A stretch of DNA of 64,000 nt from positions 1 to 64,000 of the forward strand of contig JBDTZG010000024.1 in NCBI GenBank assembly GCA_040005235.1, read 5' to 3'. The position numbers were made by a program, and so were the translations under genes. This document shows positions 39,439 through 48,483 of the stretch, one piece after another; position 1 is the first letter of the stretch; every line of letters begins with the position of its first letter. The notes beneath the pieces were generated by a model that was not told the origin of the DNA, did no database searches, and saw only the letters and a program-made list of their open reading frames with translations. This DNA comes from Acidobacteriota bacterium (GTDB taxonomy: Bacteria; Acidobacteriota; Thermoanaerobaculia; Multivoradales; UBA5704).

Positions 39439-40479
39439 TTAGCCCTTGTACGGGAACTGCGGGCCGTACCAGCTCTCGCGGATCAGCTTCTGCGCTTTCG
39501 GCCGGGCGACGAACGGGTACCAAAGGAGCGAGTTGTAGACCAAGGCCCCCTTGGCGAGCACCTGCACGAGGGGGGTGTCGAACAACAGCGGCTTCAAGAA
39601 CGAAGCCCGCAGCCGCTTGTGGATGCCGCCGAGCAGGTTCGATTTCGGCGTCGCGAACTGCTCGGAGCCGACGTCGTCGCCCACCATACGCCCTTCGATG
39701 GATCCCAATCCCCGCGCCTCGGCGTTGGTGAGAAAGCCGATCGCCCGCGGATCGAACCCCATATACCGGGCCGCCGCCGCATCGGCCGCCACCAAATCGG
39801 GCGAGGCGATGACGAGATCGGCGATCCGTACGTCCCCAGTGCGGGGACCCTTGCCCTCCTGGCAGACCGTGCCGTCGATCACCGTGAACCGCGGCGCGAG
39901 CGCCTGGTTGATGTCGACGATCACTTGGTGGAGGACCGGGTGGAAGTTGTGCCGGAAAGTGGGCAGACACCCCCACTGATTCTTGAGCGAGGCGGTGATC
40001 GTCGAGAGGTGGTGGCACTTCATGACCGGCAGGGTCACCAGGCAATCCGCTTCGAGCAGCGTCCGGGGAAAAACCAACTTGCGGACGTGCATGCCGTCCA
40101 CCGCAATCTCCTCCAGCGGATCGCGCGAAAGATCGACGTACTCAACCCCGTATTTCGCCGCCAGCCGGTCGTACCCCCAGATCTTCTCCGCCCGCCGAAC
40201 GTTGTCGGCCCCGACGATCTGCGAATCCCCCATCTGCAACCGGACGTCCGGCAGCGCTTCGCGGATCGTCTGCAGCACTCCCTCCAGCACCCAAGGGGAG
40301 GTGTTCGTCCCGGGCACCAGAGGGAACGACAAAGTGTTGATCTTGAGGAAGATCCGCGAGCCCTGGATGTGGTCGCGCCAAGAAGCTAGCTCCATCGCCC
40401 GCTTGACTGCGGCCTGCACCCCTTCGGCTTGGGTGACGCGGACCCGGGCTACGGGTGCGGGGGTGGCAGATTTAGGCAT
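39439..40479 (-). CDS. DUF362 family protein (Fe-S associated)
   Basis: IFLKIN, TSPWVLEGV, LPVMKCHH..ITASLKNQWGC, VIDG..QEGKGP, DLVAAD. Confidence 0.85.
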   Translation of the reverse strand: MPKSATPAPVARVRVTQAEGVQAAVKRAMELASWRDHIQGSRIFLKINTLSFPLVPGTNTSPWVLEGVLQTIREALPDVRLQMGDSQIVGADNVRRAEKIWGYDRLAAKYGVEYVDLSRDPLEEIAVDGMHVRKLVFPRTLLEADCLVTLPVMKCHHLSTITASLKNQWGCLPTFRHNFHPVLHQVIVDINQALAPRFTVIDGTVCQEGKGPRTGDVRIADLVIASPDLVAADAAAARYMGFDPRAIGFLTNAEARGLGSIEGRMVGDDVGSEQFATPKSNLLGGIHKRLRASFLKPLLFDTPLVQVLAKGALVYNSLLWYPFVARPKAQKLIRESWYGPQFPYKG

Positions 40480-40547
40480 TTGAGGATCCAGAGCGAACAG
40501 ACGGCGACTTTTTAAGATGGTAGCAGACGGGTCGAGCCGAAGGCTCG

Positions 40548-40619
40548 TTACTCGGGCCGGCGCCCCCCACCCATACGGGTCTCTCTCAGCGCTTCCCAAT
40601 GGAAGAAGACCGGCTTCAC
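40548..40619 (-). pseudogene. Truncated ParE/RelE toxin N-terminus
   Basis: GTGA-coupled to the antitoxin; MKPVFFHWEALRE, then a stop after 23 codons. Confidence 0.5.
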
Positions 40620-40843
40620 GGGTACTCTTGGCGCAACTGAGCAAAAACCTCTTCCGCCGACGTACCGGACGCTCGGCCGCCTCGAATCTCGTCGACGCGC
40701 CTAGCAACCTCCACGTCCCAGGCGGCAGCCACCCCCTCCTCCTCAGGCTCCAAAGAGCCGAGCAGAAAGCAAGCCAACTCGGCCTTGGCCTGGGCGGAAA
40801 GATGCTCGAGCTCCGATTTGAGTTGTTTCATCGGCTGGGCCAT
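40616..40843 (-). CDS. Addiction module antitoxin component (TIGR02574-like)
   Basis: GGAGG RBS; LSAQAKAELACFLLGSL...AAWDVEVARRVDEIRGG. Confidence 0.85.
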   Translation of the reverse strand: MAQPMKQLKSELEHLSAQAKAELACFLLGSLEPEEEGVAAAWDVEVARRVDEIRGGRASGTSAEEVFAQLRQEYP

Positions 40844-40909
40844 GAGGTGCCTCCAGGGGTCGATTGTGCCACGCAGGCCGCCTATAGGACCAACCCGTTC
40901 GTTGGCCGG

Positions 40910-41334
40910 TCAGCTCGCATCCCGCACCAGCCGAAACCCCAAGCTGAATCCGAGATCCTGGGGTCGATGGGTGTAGCGAAGGGCGCAGCGGGCGCTGTCC
41001 GCGCCGAAGTACCAGCTGCCGCCTCGACACGCTCCACCGGACAATCGGGACCACACTTCTGAAACCAACTGGGATTCGAGCCCATCACCTTCCGCCATTG
41101 GCTTTGGGTGACTTCGTAGCGGCCGACGTAGAGCGGGCGGGAGATGCGGACCGGGTGTTGGACCTCTTGAGGCTCGCGGGTCGGTTCGGAGGCAGGGCTT
41201 CCCATTACGAAGCTTCCGGCCGGAAGCAGGACGAACTGCATTTCGGTCGTCGGCTCGGTCCAACTCTTCTCCGGTGCGCGGCATCCGAAGATCAAAAGTA
41301 GGCCTAAGAAACCGGCGGGGAGGGCGGCGCGCAT
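40910..41334 (-). pseudogene. FGE-sulfatase/SUMF1-domain lipoprotein with internal deletion and frameshift
   Basis: N-half GSFVMGS..EVTQSQW..CPVERV joined near 41027 to a C-terminal RGGSW...LGFRLVR in another frame; the RLPTEAEWE and GNVWEW core is missing. Confidence 0.8.
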
Positions 41335-41940
41335 TCATGCGCAGTCTATTCGCGCTCCCGGTGGCTTTTCCGAGCACGAGAAGCGCTTCATGAGACGCAA
41401 GACCCTCTCTTGCAACGCAGAAGAGGAGTATGCAGACGCTGGGAAGGGGTGCGGAGACGCTACGCACCGGTCCGTCGAGCACAAGACCCACCGCGGCGAA
41501 CGCCAGACCTGCCGCGCCGAGTGCCGGAACCGGTGCGGCGAGCGCAAGAACCGCTGCGCGGCCCCCGGGAACCGCTTCGCGGGATGCCGGAGGCAATGGC
41601 TGGTGTGCGCGGAGCGCTCCGTGGCCTTCGCTACACGGGTCGGTGTGCTCGAAGTCCTCGGTTTTCTGTCTACGCGGCGGTGCGTAGCGTTGGGCAGGCG
41701 GGTCGGTGCGGTCGGCAGGCGGGTCGGTGCGGTCGCCAGGCGGGTCGGTGCGTTCGCCAGGCGGGTCGGTGCGGTCGCCAGGCGGGTCGGTGTGGTCGCC
41801 AGGCGGGTCGGCGCTTTCGCGAGCCGGGTTTTTGCATCCGCGAGGTGCGTCGGTGCGTCGCCTCGCCGGTCGCGGGCGTCCGCGGAGCGATCCGGCGTGC
41901 TCGAAGAGCGGTCCGGGGAATCGACGGCTCCGTCCTCCAT
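41335..41940 (-). CDS. Hypothetical heptad-periodic low-complexity protein (may be non-coding repeat DNA)
   Basis: 27 consecutive heptads, 20 with Arg at position 4; the stop abuts the ATG of the next gene. Confidence 0.4.
   Translation of the reverse strand: MEDGAVDSPDRSSSTPDRSADARDRRGDAPTHLADAKTRLAKAPTRLATTPTRLATAPTRLANAPTRLATAPTRLPTAPTRLPNATHRRVDRKPRTSSTPTRVAKATERSAHTSHCLRHPAKRFPGAAQRFLRSPHRFRHSARQVWRSPRWVLCSTDRCVASPHPFPASAYSSSALQERVLRLMKRFSCSEKPPGARIDCA
41693..41818. repeat. 21-bp tandem repeat, 6 near-identical units (gccaggcgggtcggtgcggtc)
   Basis: Units start at 41693, 41714, 41735, 41756, 41777, 41798; degenerate units continue on both sides. Confidence 0.92.
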
Positions 41941-41955
41941 TTCGATCCGGAGGCT

Positions 41956-42852
41956 TCACCCAGCCTCGCGACGGCTCCGGATGCGCCAGAGCAGGAACGC
42001 AGAGGCTCCGAGGAAAAAGACGCTGCACAGGTAGCTCCCCTCCGGTCCTTGCGCGCCGCCCGTCAGATAAACCGGGCCTCGGACGATCATCCGGACGAGC
42101 AGCGCGGGCTGCTTCGCATCGATGCCCGTGACAGGTAGCTCGAAGCCCGTCGCCAAGAGCCAGTTCCACCCCGTATGCCAGCCCATCACTCCCCAGATGT
42201 TTCGGCTCTTGAGCGCCCAGCAGCAGGTGAACGCGCCGAAGAGGAGAGTGCCCACGGTGACCAGAACGCGTTGATGTGGGCTGTAGTGCAGAAAGGCGAA
42301 GACCAGCGAATTGAGCACGACGGCGATCGGTACGTTGAATTTGACGGCGACCGCCGAGAGCAGCCAACCGCGGAAGATGATTTCCTCGACGCTCGATTGG
42401 ACGGCGAAACAAATCAACAGAAGTCCGATGTTCAACAGCGCGCCCGACGAGCTGAGCGCCGGGCCGAATCCCTTTGCTTCGAGGCCGCCCGCCATCCAGA
42501 TTGCAGCGACGACCGCAGATATGGTGGCCATGCCGATCGACAAGCCCTTCAGGAACTTCAGCGGCTTGCCGGGTCCCGCCAAGCCGAGAGTGGCGAGGGA
42601 GCGCCGCTCGATCCCAAGGACCCAGGCGAACAGGACGAGGCCCATCGCGACAAAGTGAACGATCAGCAGCGCGAACAGACCCGACAGACCCAAAGGGTCA
42701 CCCTTCGCGTTCTCCAGATGAAAATGCTCGAGAACAAGGGACACCAAGAGGGAGGGCACCGCGACGAGCAAGATGCAAAGGAAGGGCGCGAAGGCGCCCC
42801 AGGGCAGCCAGCCTCTTGCGGGCTCGGGCGAGTAGATGGCGGTCGATTTCAT
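41956..42852 (-). CDS. CPBP/Abi (CAAX) family intramembrane protease
   Basis: EEIIFRGW, FAFLH, HTGWN, GPEGS. Confidence 0.92.
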   Translation of the reverse strand: MKSTAIYSPEPARGWLPWGAFAPFLCILLVAVPSLLVSLVLEHFHLENAKGDPLGLSGLFALLIVHFVAMGLVLFAWVLGIERRSLATLGLAGPGKPLKFLKGLSIGMATISAVVAAIWMAGGLEAKGFGPALSSSGALLNIGLLLICFAVQSSVEEIIFRGWLLSAVAVKFNVPIAVVLNSLVFAFLHYSPHQRVLVTVGTLLFGAFTCCWALKSRNIWGVMGWHTGWNWLLATGFELPVTGIDAKQPALLVRMIVRGPVYLTGGAQGPEGSYLCSVFFLGASAFLLWRIRSRREAG

Positions 42853-42946
42853 GGGTGCTCCTGCTGGGGTGATTTCAGGATCATGGGCAAAGCCCTGCCC
42901 TACCGGGGCGCGCCCACGGCGAAAACGGGAGGCTTGAACGGGTTGT

Positions 42947-43318
42947 TTAGACCGGCCGCAGCTGCTCTTCGAGCGACCGGGTTTTCTCGGTTCTCACGTC
43001 GCCCGTGTGCTGCGTGCTCTTTCTCTCGATGAGCAGGAGGTGGCACTCCTCGTCCGCGACCGGGTTGTGGCGTACACCCTTGGGAACCACGAACATGTCG
43101 CCCTCGTCCAGCTCTACGGCCCCGTCCTCCATCTCGATACGAAGGTGCCCCTTGAGGATCAAGAACAACTCGTCTTCGTTCTCGTGGCTATGCCACGCCA
43201 AGGTGCCCTGGACCGCCGCGACCTTGACGTACACGTCATCGACCTCGCCGATGATCCTCGGCGACCAGTGCTCGGTGAGGGCGAGAGCAATCTCCTTCGG
43301 CGAAACGGCTTTCAGCAT
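42947..43318 (-). CDS. Cupin domain protein
   Basis: WHSHENEDELF..LKG, FVVPKGVRHNP. Confidence 0.92.
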   Translation of the reverse strand: MLKAVSPKEIALALTEHWSPRIIGEVDDVYVKVAAVQGTLAWHSHENEDELFLILKGHLRIEMEDGAVELDEGDMFVVPKGVRHNPVADEECHLLLIERKSTQHTGDVRTEKTRSLEEQLRPV

Positions 43319-43402
43319 AGTTGGCTCCGGAGTCCTTAGGCAGGCAAAGAGGGTAGGTCCCGCGGGTAATACGCCCGGAGGGTGAAGCGAGTTTCGATCC
43401 CT

Positions 43403-44203
43403 TCAGACCGCCGATCCCCGCACGGCCCAGGCGCGCGCCTTGAGTCGAATGCGCCCGTCGGCTCCTGGTTCCAGGCGACGCTTGAGGCGGTCCCTCAACC
43501 GCTCACGGCTTGGCGGATCGAGATTGGTCACGAAGCTTGGACCCGTGCCGGTGCCGCGGAGAAAGGGCTCCCAATAGTCGTCGAAATCGGCGAAGTCGGT
43601 CGGGATCTCGAGCGAACCTACTTGCGCCTGGGCAAACCCTGCGGTTTCGAGAAGCGAGACGAGCGCGGGCGGCCGACAAATAGGGAAACCGAGGTGTTCC
43701 GCGCGGGCCGCGGCCTGAGGATCCGCGGCGATCGCCTCTTCCCAGAAAGCCCTCAAGAATTCCATGCCTTCCGAGTAGTCCCAAACGTAGGCGGCAAAGG
43801 TTCCGCCGGTGCGGAGGCGCTGCCGGATCGATGTCACGACCTGGGCGGGATCCGGCAGGAAGTTCAGGACCAGCCCCGAGACCACGGCGTCGAATCCGCC
43901 CTCCCTTCGGGGAAGGTTCTCGGCGCCCGCGACAACAAACGAAGCGCGATCGTCCGAAACTTGGCTTCGAGCGTGCTCCAGGAACTGGGCAGAGGGATCG
44001 CAGGCAACGACCGACGCCGGCTCGCAACGGTCGAAGATCGCGGAGGTGAGCGCTCCGGTGCCGCACCCGACTTCGAGCCAATGGGCCGATCGCGGCGGTT
44101 GGAGCCATTCGAGGAACTTTCGGGCCAAGGGACGGCTCCAGCGGCCCATGAAGGCCTCGTAGGCGTCGGCGCCTTCCCATGTTCGATCTGGCGGATAGGT
44201 CAT
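43403..44203 (-). CDS. Class I SAM-dependent methyltransferase
   Basis: YEAFMGRWS, WLEVGCGTGAL, FDAVVSGLVLNF, AAYVWDY. Confidence 0.92.
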   Translation of the reverse strand: MTYPPDRTWEGADAYEAFMGRWSRPLARKFLEWLQPPRSAHWLEVGCGTGALTSAIFDRCEPASVVACDPSAQFLEHARSQVSDDRASFVVAGAENLPRREGGFDAVVSGLVLNFLPDPAQVVTSIRQRLRTGGTFAAYVWDYSEGMEFLRAFWEEAIAADPQAAARAEHLGFPICRPPALVSLLETAGFAQAQVGSLEIPTDFADFDDYWEPFLRGTGTGPSFVTNLDPPSRERLRDRLKRRLEPGADGRIRLKARAWAVRGSAV

Positions 44204-44302
44204 CTTGCTCCTCTGCGGTCTGCCGCGGGAGATTGTATGCCCTCTCCCGGTCGGGTCTCTTTCAGGCTACATCTCGGAATGGAAGCCTGGCTCCGAGAAG
44301 CC

Positions 44303-44334
44303 TTGACATGCAGGCCGCCGTGGCTACATTGTAG
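44303..44334 (+). promoter_or_regulatory. Promoter and palindromic operator of the mazEF-like operon
   Basis: TTGACA, 16 bp spacer, TACATT; the -10 box lies within the palindrome ctaca-t-tgtag. Confidence 0.6.
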
Positions 44335-44341
44335 GTCCGCC

Positions 44342-44590
44342 ATGAAAACACGCCTCGTCCCTATGGGCAACTCTCGCGGGGTTCGACTTCCGAAGCCCTT
44401 GATCCAGCAGGCGGGCTTGACCGACGAGGTCGAACTCGAGGTGCGGGGAAATACCATTCTCATCGTTGCCCAAAAGGGCCTGCGGGCCGGCTGGGCGGAA
44501 GCGGCTCAGAGGCTGCGCGAGGAAGACGGTGACCGGCTTCTCGATCCTCCTACGCCCACCCGGTTCGACGACGAAGAGTGGCAGTGGTAG
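44342..44590 (+). CDS. mazE: AbrB/MazE family antitoxin
   Basis: MKTRLVPMGNSRGVRLPK...RAGWAEA...FDDEEWQW. Confidence 0.88.
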   Translation: MKTRLVPMGNSRGVRLPKPLIQQAGLTDEVELEVRGNTILIVAQKGLRAGWAEAAQRLREEDGDRLLDPPTPTRFDDEEWQW

Positions 44591-44919
44591 GAGCGAGACC
44601 GGTTCGGCGCGGAGAGGTTTTCCTCGTTGACCTCGACCCCACGCGCGGCAGCGAGATCCGAAAGACTCGGCCTTGCGTCATCGTCTCGCCAGACGAGCTG
44701 AACCATCACCTTCGAACCGTGATCGTTGCGCCGCTCACCTCGGCTGGCCGACCGTACCCGTTCCGCATCGCCTGCGGTTTCATGGCCAAGCGCGGCCAGG
44801 TCGTCTTGGATCAGCTTCGAACCGTAGACCAGGAACGCCTCGTACGCCATCTTGGGCGCATGTCGGCGCCAACCCTGGCTCAGATCCTGGCGGCGCTCCA
44901 GGAGATGTTCGAGACTTGA
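44578..44919 (+). CDS. mazF: PemK/MazF family toxin
   Basis: RGEVFLVDLDPTRGSEIRKTRPCVIVSP, DQLRTVDQERL. Confidence 0.92.
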   Translation: MAVVGARPVRRGEVFLVDLDPTRGSEIRKTRPCVIVSPDELNHHLRTVIVAPLTSAGRPYPFRIACGFMAKRGQVVLDQLRTVDQERLVRHLGRMSAPTLAQILAALQEMFET

Positions 44920-45188
44920 GGCAGCAAGCCCATGATGCGGCCGTCTCGGACATCTGACGGACGGCGGGCTACGCCGCCTCTGCGTGCAGCTTGACCCCAA
45001 GCCCGTCGCGTCATCTGGACAGAGCGTATGTCCTCCCAGACCGGTAGGCGAAACGGTCTCCCCAACTCTCGTAATTGCCGCAGCGCAGCACCGCGCGTTG
45101 ACTCGGCCCGGCGCCTCATCTATCGTTCAAGCTAATCATCTGTGGGAGGGAGCCCGGAGCGCAGGTCACGGCTCGGACCGGGAAAGGC

Positions 45189-45692
45189 ATGTCGGCTATT
45201 ATCGAGCGCGAGGACGAGCTTCCTCTCTCTGAGAGGCTGGGTACCTTGGGCGTGGTGCATCTCCGGGCGATCGCTGCGGTTGCCGGCTATACGGTGTCCG
45301 TACCCGAGTCTGACTACGACAGCGTCGACCTGATCGTGAAATCCAGGAGGGGCAGGAGGTCTCAGTTGGAATTCCAGGTGAAATGCACTACGCAGATCAT
45401 TCCCTCCGGCGAGAGCATCAGCTTCGAGCTGCCCAGGAAAAACTATGACGACCTGCGAGCCGACACGATTGCGCCCCGAGTGCTCTTCGTGGTTCTCGTT
45501 CCAAAAGATACCGGAGCATGGCTACAGCAAAACGAACGTCGAATGCATCTGCGCCACTGTGGGTATTGGTTCTCGCTTCGTGGTTTCGCTCAACGACCTA
45601 ACTCGACTTCCGTGACCGTGCAGATTCCTCGCGGCAACCTGTTGACGCCCGCAGCGCTTCAAGCACTGATGGCGTGGGGGGCCATTCAATGA
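45189..45692 (+). CDS. DUF4365 (PD-(D/E)xK-like) domain protein
   Basis: DYDSVDL...LEFQVKCT, KNYDDLR, PRVLFVVLVP, YWFSLRG. Confidence 0.8.
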   Translation: MSAIIEREDELPLSERLGTLGVVHLRAIAAVAGYTVSVPESDYDSVDLIVKSRRGRRSQLEFQVKCTTQIIPSGESISFELPRKNYDDLRADTIAPRVLFVVLVPKDTGAWLQQNERRMHLRHCGYWFSLRGFAQRPNSTSVTVQIPRGNLLTPAALQALMAWGAIQ

Positions 45693-46885
45693 TCGTCTCC
45701 ATCCGGGACAAAGCAACGCTCGCGGCGATTCGGCCCGCCAGAGTGGCGGCCTACTTGCAAGCCACGAACTGGAAACGGGTGGCGCTGGAGTCGGGGCGCT
45801 ATTCGATCTGGGTGAATCCTTCGGCCCGTGAGCCCATCGAGCTACTCCTGCCGCTCGATTCAAAGTTCGACGATTTTCCGGAGAGGATGGCGGAACTGCT
45901 GCACGACCTTCAGAAGGAAGAGGAGCGGTCGCAGCTCGACATTCTCCGCGACATTGAGCTCAGCAGCTGTGACGTTTTTCGATTCAGGAAGGATCCGCGC
46001 TCCGGTTTCTTGGGCGCCATCCAGCTCGAAGATGGCGTTCGGTTCGTCTCCTATGCTCGCGACCTGCTGCTTCTCGCCGCGTCCGCCGAGCACGATCCAG
46101 AGCGGGCCGGCATTGCGGGGCGAAGGTCGGATGACGTCACGTCGTTCATGTCTCAGGCGTTGCTGGGCCAGACCGAAATCTCGAGTTTTGTCGTCACGGC
46201 GCAAGTGCCCATTCCCGCGCGGTTGAACGAAGAGCTGTTCCCTGACGAGATCCCTTCGACTCCGGAGCCTTTCGAGCGGCGCGCCGGCGTTCGGTTGATG
46301 AATCTTCTTAGCCTCACCCGAGACGCAGCGCTCGAGGTCTCTCAAACCAACGATATCCAACCCTTCGTCGATGCTCTCGGCCAGGGCGCAACGGTCAACC
46401 TCTACAATACGCTGGTCGATGCGCAGTCGATCGTTCCCGGGCAACCCTTGGAAGTCAACTGCACCTGGGCGCCGAGCCGACCGCTGTTTGGGAGCAGCCC
46501 GCCGAAGTCGGTCCTCTTCGAACCCGAGATCATTCTTCCCATCAGGGCCGCGGTGGAGGGTCTCCGGACGCGCGCCCCCAAAGAGGGAGAACGGATCTTT
46601 GGCTTCGTCGAGGTGCTACAGCAATCCGCCCAAGAGGTCCTGGTGGGAGAGTTGGCGGTAGCCACCGTGATCGAGGGAAAGCCGCGGAAAATCTATCTAT
46701 TCCTTCAGCAGCCGGACTACGGCAAGGCGATCGTCGCGTTCACAGAAAAACGACCGATCGAGATCACCGGAGATCTGCTCAAGGGCGGGAAGCGTTGGAC
46801 TCTGCAGAACCCTCGGGACATGGCTCTCTACCCCGCTGGAGGTGCTTCGTTGGAAGAAGAGGATAAGGAGAGCGGTCAGCAATAG
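45689..46885 (+). CDS. Hypothetical protein coupled to the DUF4365 gene
   Basis: ATGA overlap; YLQATNW, LGQTEISSFVV, C-terminal beta-rich/OB-like tail. Confidence 0.7.
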   Translation: MIVSIRDKATLAAIRPARVAAYLQATNWKRVALESGRYSIWVNPSAREPIELLLPLDSKFDDFPERMAELLHDLQKEEERSQLDILRDIELSSCDVFRFRKDPRSGFLGAIQLEDGVRFVSYARDLLLLAASAEHDPERAGIAGRRSDDVTSFMSQALLGQTEISSFVVTAQVPIPARLNEELFPDEIPSTPEPFERRAGVRLMNLLSLTRDAALEVSQTNDIQPFVDALGQGATVNLYNTLVDAQSIVPGQPLEVNCTWAPSRPLFGSSPPKSVLFEPEIILPIRAAVEGLRTRAPKEGERIFGFVEVLQQSAQEVLVGELAVATVIEGKPRKIYLFLQQPDYGKAIVAFTEKRPIEITGDLLKGGKRWTLQNPRDMALYPAGGASLEEEDKESGQQ

Positions 46886-46925
46886 CTGGTTAACTGCCGG
46901 ACTTCGCTCGCCTGAGATCAGCGTC

Positions 46926-48290
46926 ATGAGCATTAATCCTCCCTCTCGCGAAGCTTTACTTGGTAACTTGGCTGATGCGGCACTGTTCGGCTCCTTTGGA
47001 TTATTTGTAGGTACTGGGCTTTCACGTGCCCTCACCAAAGGCACGGCTCTTTCCTTCAAAGACTTACTGGTTTCTGTCTCCCGTCAGCTCGGCGTCGACT
47101 TGGACTTCGAGGACGTCGATATTGTTTGCGGAAAATCCTACCCACAGCTGGCGGAGGAGATCGCCCAGCTTCTCTCGCAGAGTAAGAACTGCTCATATTC
47201 TGAGGCGACTCTTGGTCTTAAGCGCGCAATCTGCCGCGCTTGCGACCTACAGGCGGACGCCAGTCTAACGACGCGTTACCGAGAAGCAATGGAGCTGATT
47301 CGGGTACAGTGGGTAATTACCACCAATTATGATTTTATCTTAGAGGACTTGATTCCTAATTCCGTGTCGCTGCTGCCTAATGAACTACTAATTCCCAGGG
47401 TGGATTTCGTACCCATCTACCATTTTCATGGTCACGTTCGTTCTGCCGCAAGTATTGTCGTCACGGATTCAGACTACATCCGCCTTCTCGCACCGACAGA
47501 GTACCGCCAGCTAAAGCTGAATCTCTTAATGGCAGAGTCGAGCACTCTTATGCTGGGATACAGCCTTGGCGATATCAATGTTAAGACCGCCTTGGAGTGG
47601 TCCCGTGCCTTTGGAGCTGAGTGGGGACTGCGGGCGGAGGCGCATCAGTCACTTGTTGTACAGGCACTATATAAACCAGGAGCAACTCGTGAAACCGAGC
47701 CCTATTTTGGCCTGAATGGAGAGGTCATTATTGAAGTCGGAGACCTTTCGGTGATTTTGGGTGAAGTTTCAAAGGCCATCGAGACACGAAGGCTTGAATA
47801 CACGGATCAAAAAGGGATGCTTGCTGATTGGATTAACGTGATTCCGGCCGGAAACCTGGCAGATGACGACGACCTTAGGATTGCTTTTCTGGATCTTCTT
47901 AGCCGGCTTCCGAGGCTTTACGACTTGCCAGCGGTAATCCGGTACCTCGGCGCTGTATTGGATCCAATCTGGGAAAGGGCGCGCGCTGACTGCGGCTGGA
48001 GTCACTATGATCGATTCCTCTGTGTTCTGCTTGATGTTTTTAGAACCCTCCCGACGCGCCAGATTCACCCATCTCTGCTTTCTTACCTTGGAGATCAGCT
48101 CGATTATTTGTCCTGGTACATAGACTCGGAAGGTAGAACGACACTTGGGACGTCTTTCGCTGCCTCACGTACTTGGCTGGGCAGAAAAGAAGAGATCCCC
48201 AAAGAGACTTGGAAAGCCTTAGTGGACTTTGCGACATATCGATCGCGCTACAGGCTGCTCAATCTTCTATCAGATCCAAGGGAGAGTTAG
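46926..48290 (+). CDS. SIR2-like (SIR2_2) domain protein, putative defence NADase
   Basis: GLFVGTGLS, ITTNYD, YHFHG, LMLGYSLGDIN; visibly AT-richer than flanks. Confidence 0.85.
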   Translation: MSINPPSREALLGNLADAALFGSFGLFVGTGLSRALTKGTALSFKDLLVSVSRQLGVDLDFEDVDIVCGKSYPQLAEEIAQLLSQSKNCSYSEATLGLKRAICRACDLQADASLTTRYREAMELIRVQWVITTNYDFILEDLIPNSVSLLPNELLIPRVDFVPIYHFHGHVRSAASIVVTDSDYIRLLAPTEYRQLKLNLLMAESSTLMLGYSLGDINVKTALEWSRAFGAEWGLRAEAHQSLVVQALYKPGATRETEPYFGLNGEVIIEVGDLSVILGEVSKAIETRRLEYTDQKGMLADWINVIPAGNLADDDDLRIAFLDLLSRLPRLYDLPAVIRYLGAVLDPIWERARADCGWSHYDRFLCVLLDVFRTLPTRQIHPSLLSYLGDQLDYLSWYIDSEGRTTLGTSFAASRTWLGRKEEIPKETWKALVDFATYRSRYRLLNLLSDPRES

Positions 48291-48483
48291 CGTCTTTCGG
48301 CAATGCGCGCGCACGCATCAGCCGCTCACCGGGCGTCATCTTGCTGGGTGGCAACACCGTTTCCAGGCAGACGATCGCCTCGCTATTTAGGCTGTAGGGA
48401 TTCGTCAAGCAGTAGGATCTCCGGTCTCGCGCTGTTCATCGTCGATTGACCAGGCGCGTTCAGCATCAAGGAGGAGACCGCTG

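Noticed and set aside
40910-41334. Diversity-generating retroelement target (FGE-sulfatase C-terminus)
   Set aside because: No reverse transcriptase and no template-repeat copy of the RGGSW...GFR segment seen in the window
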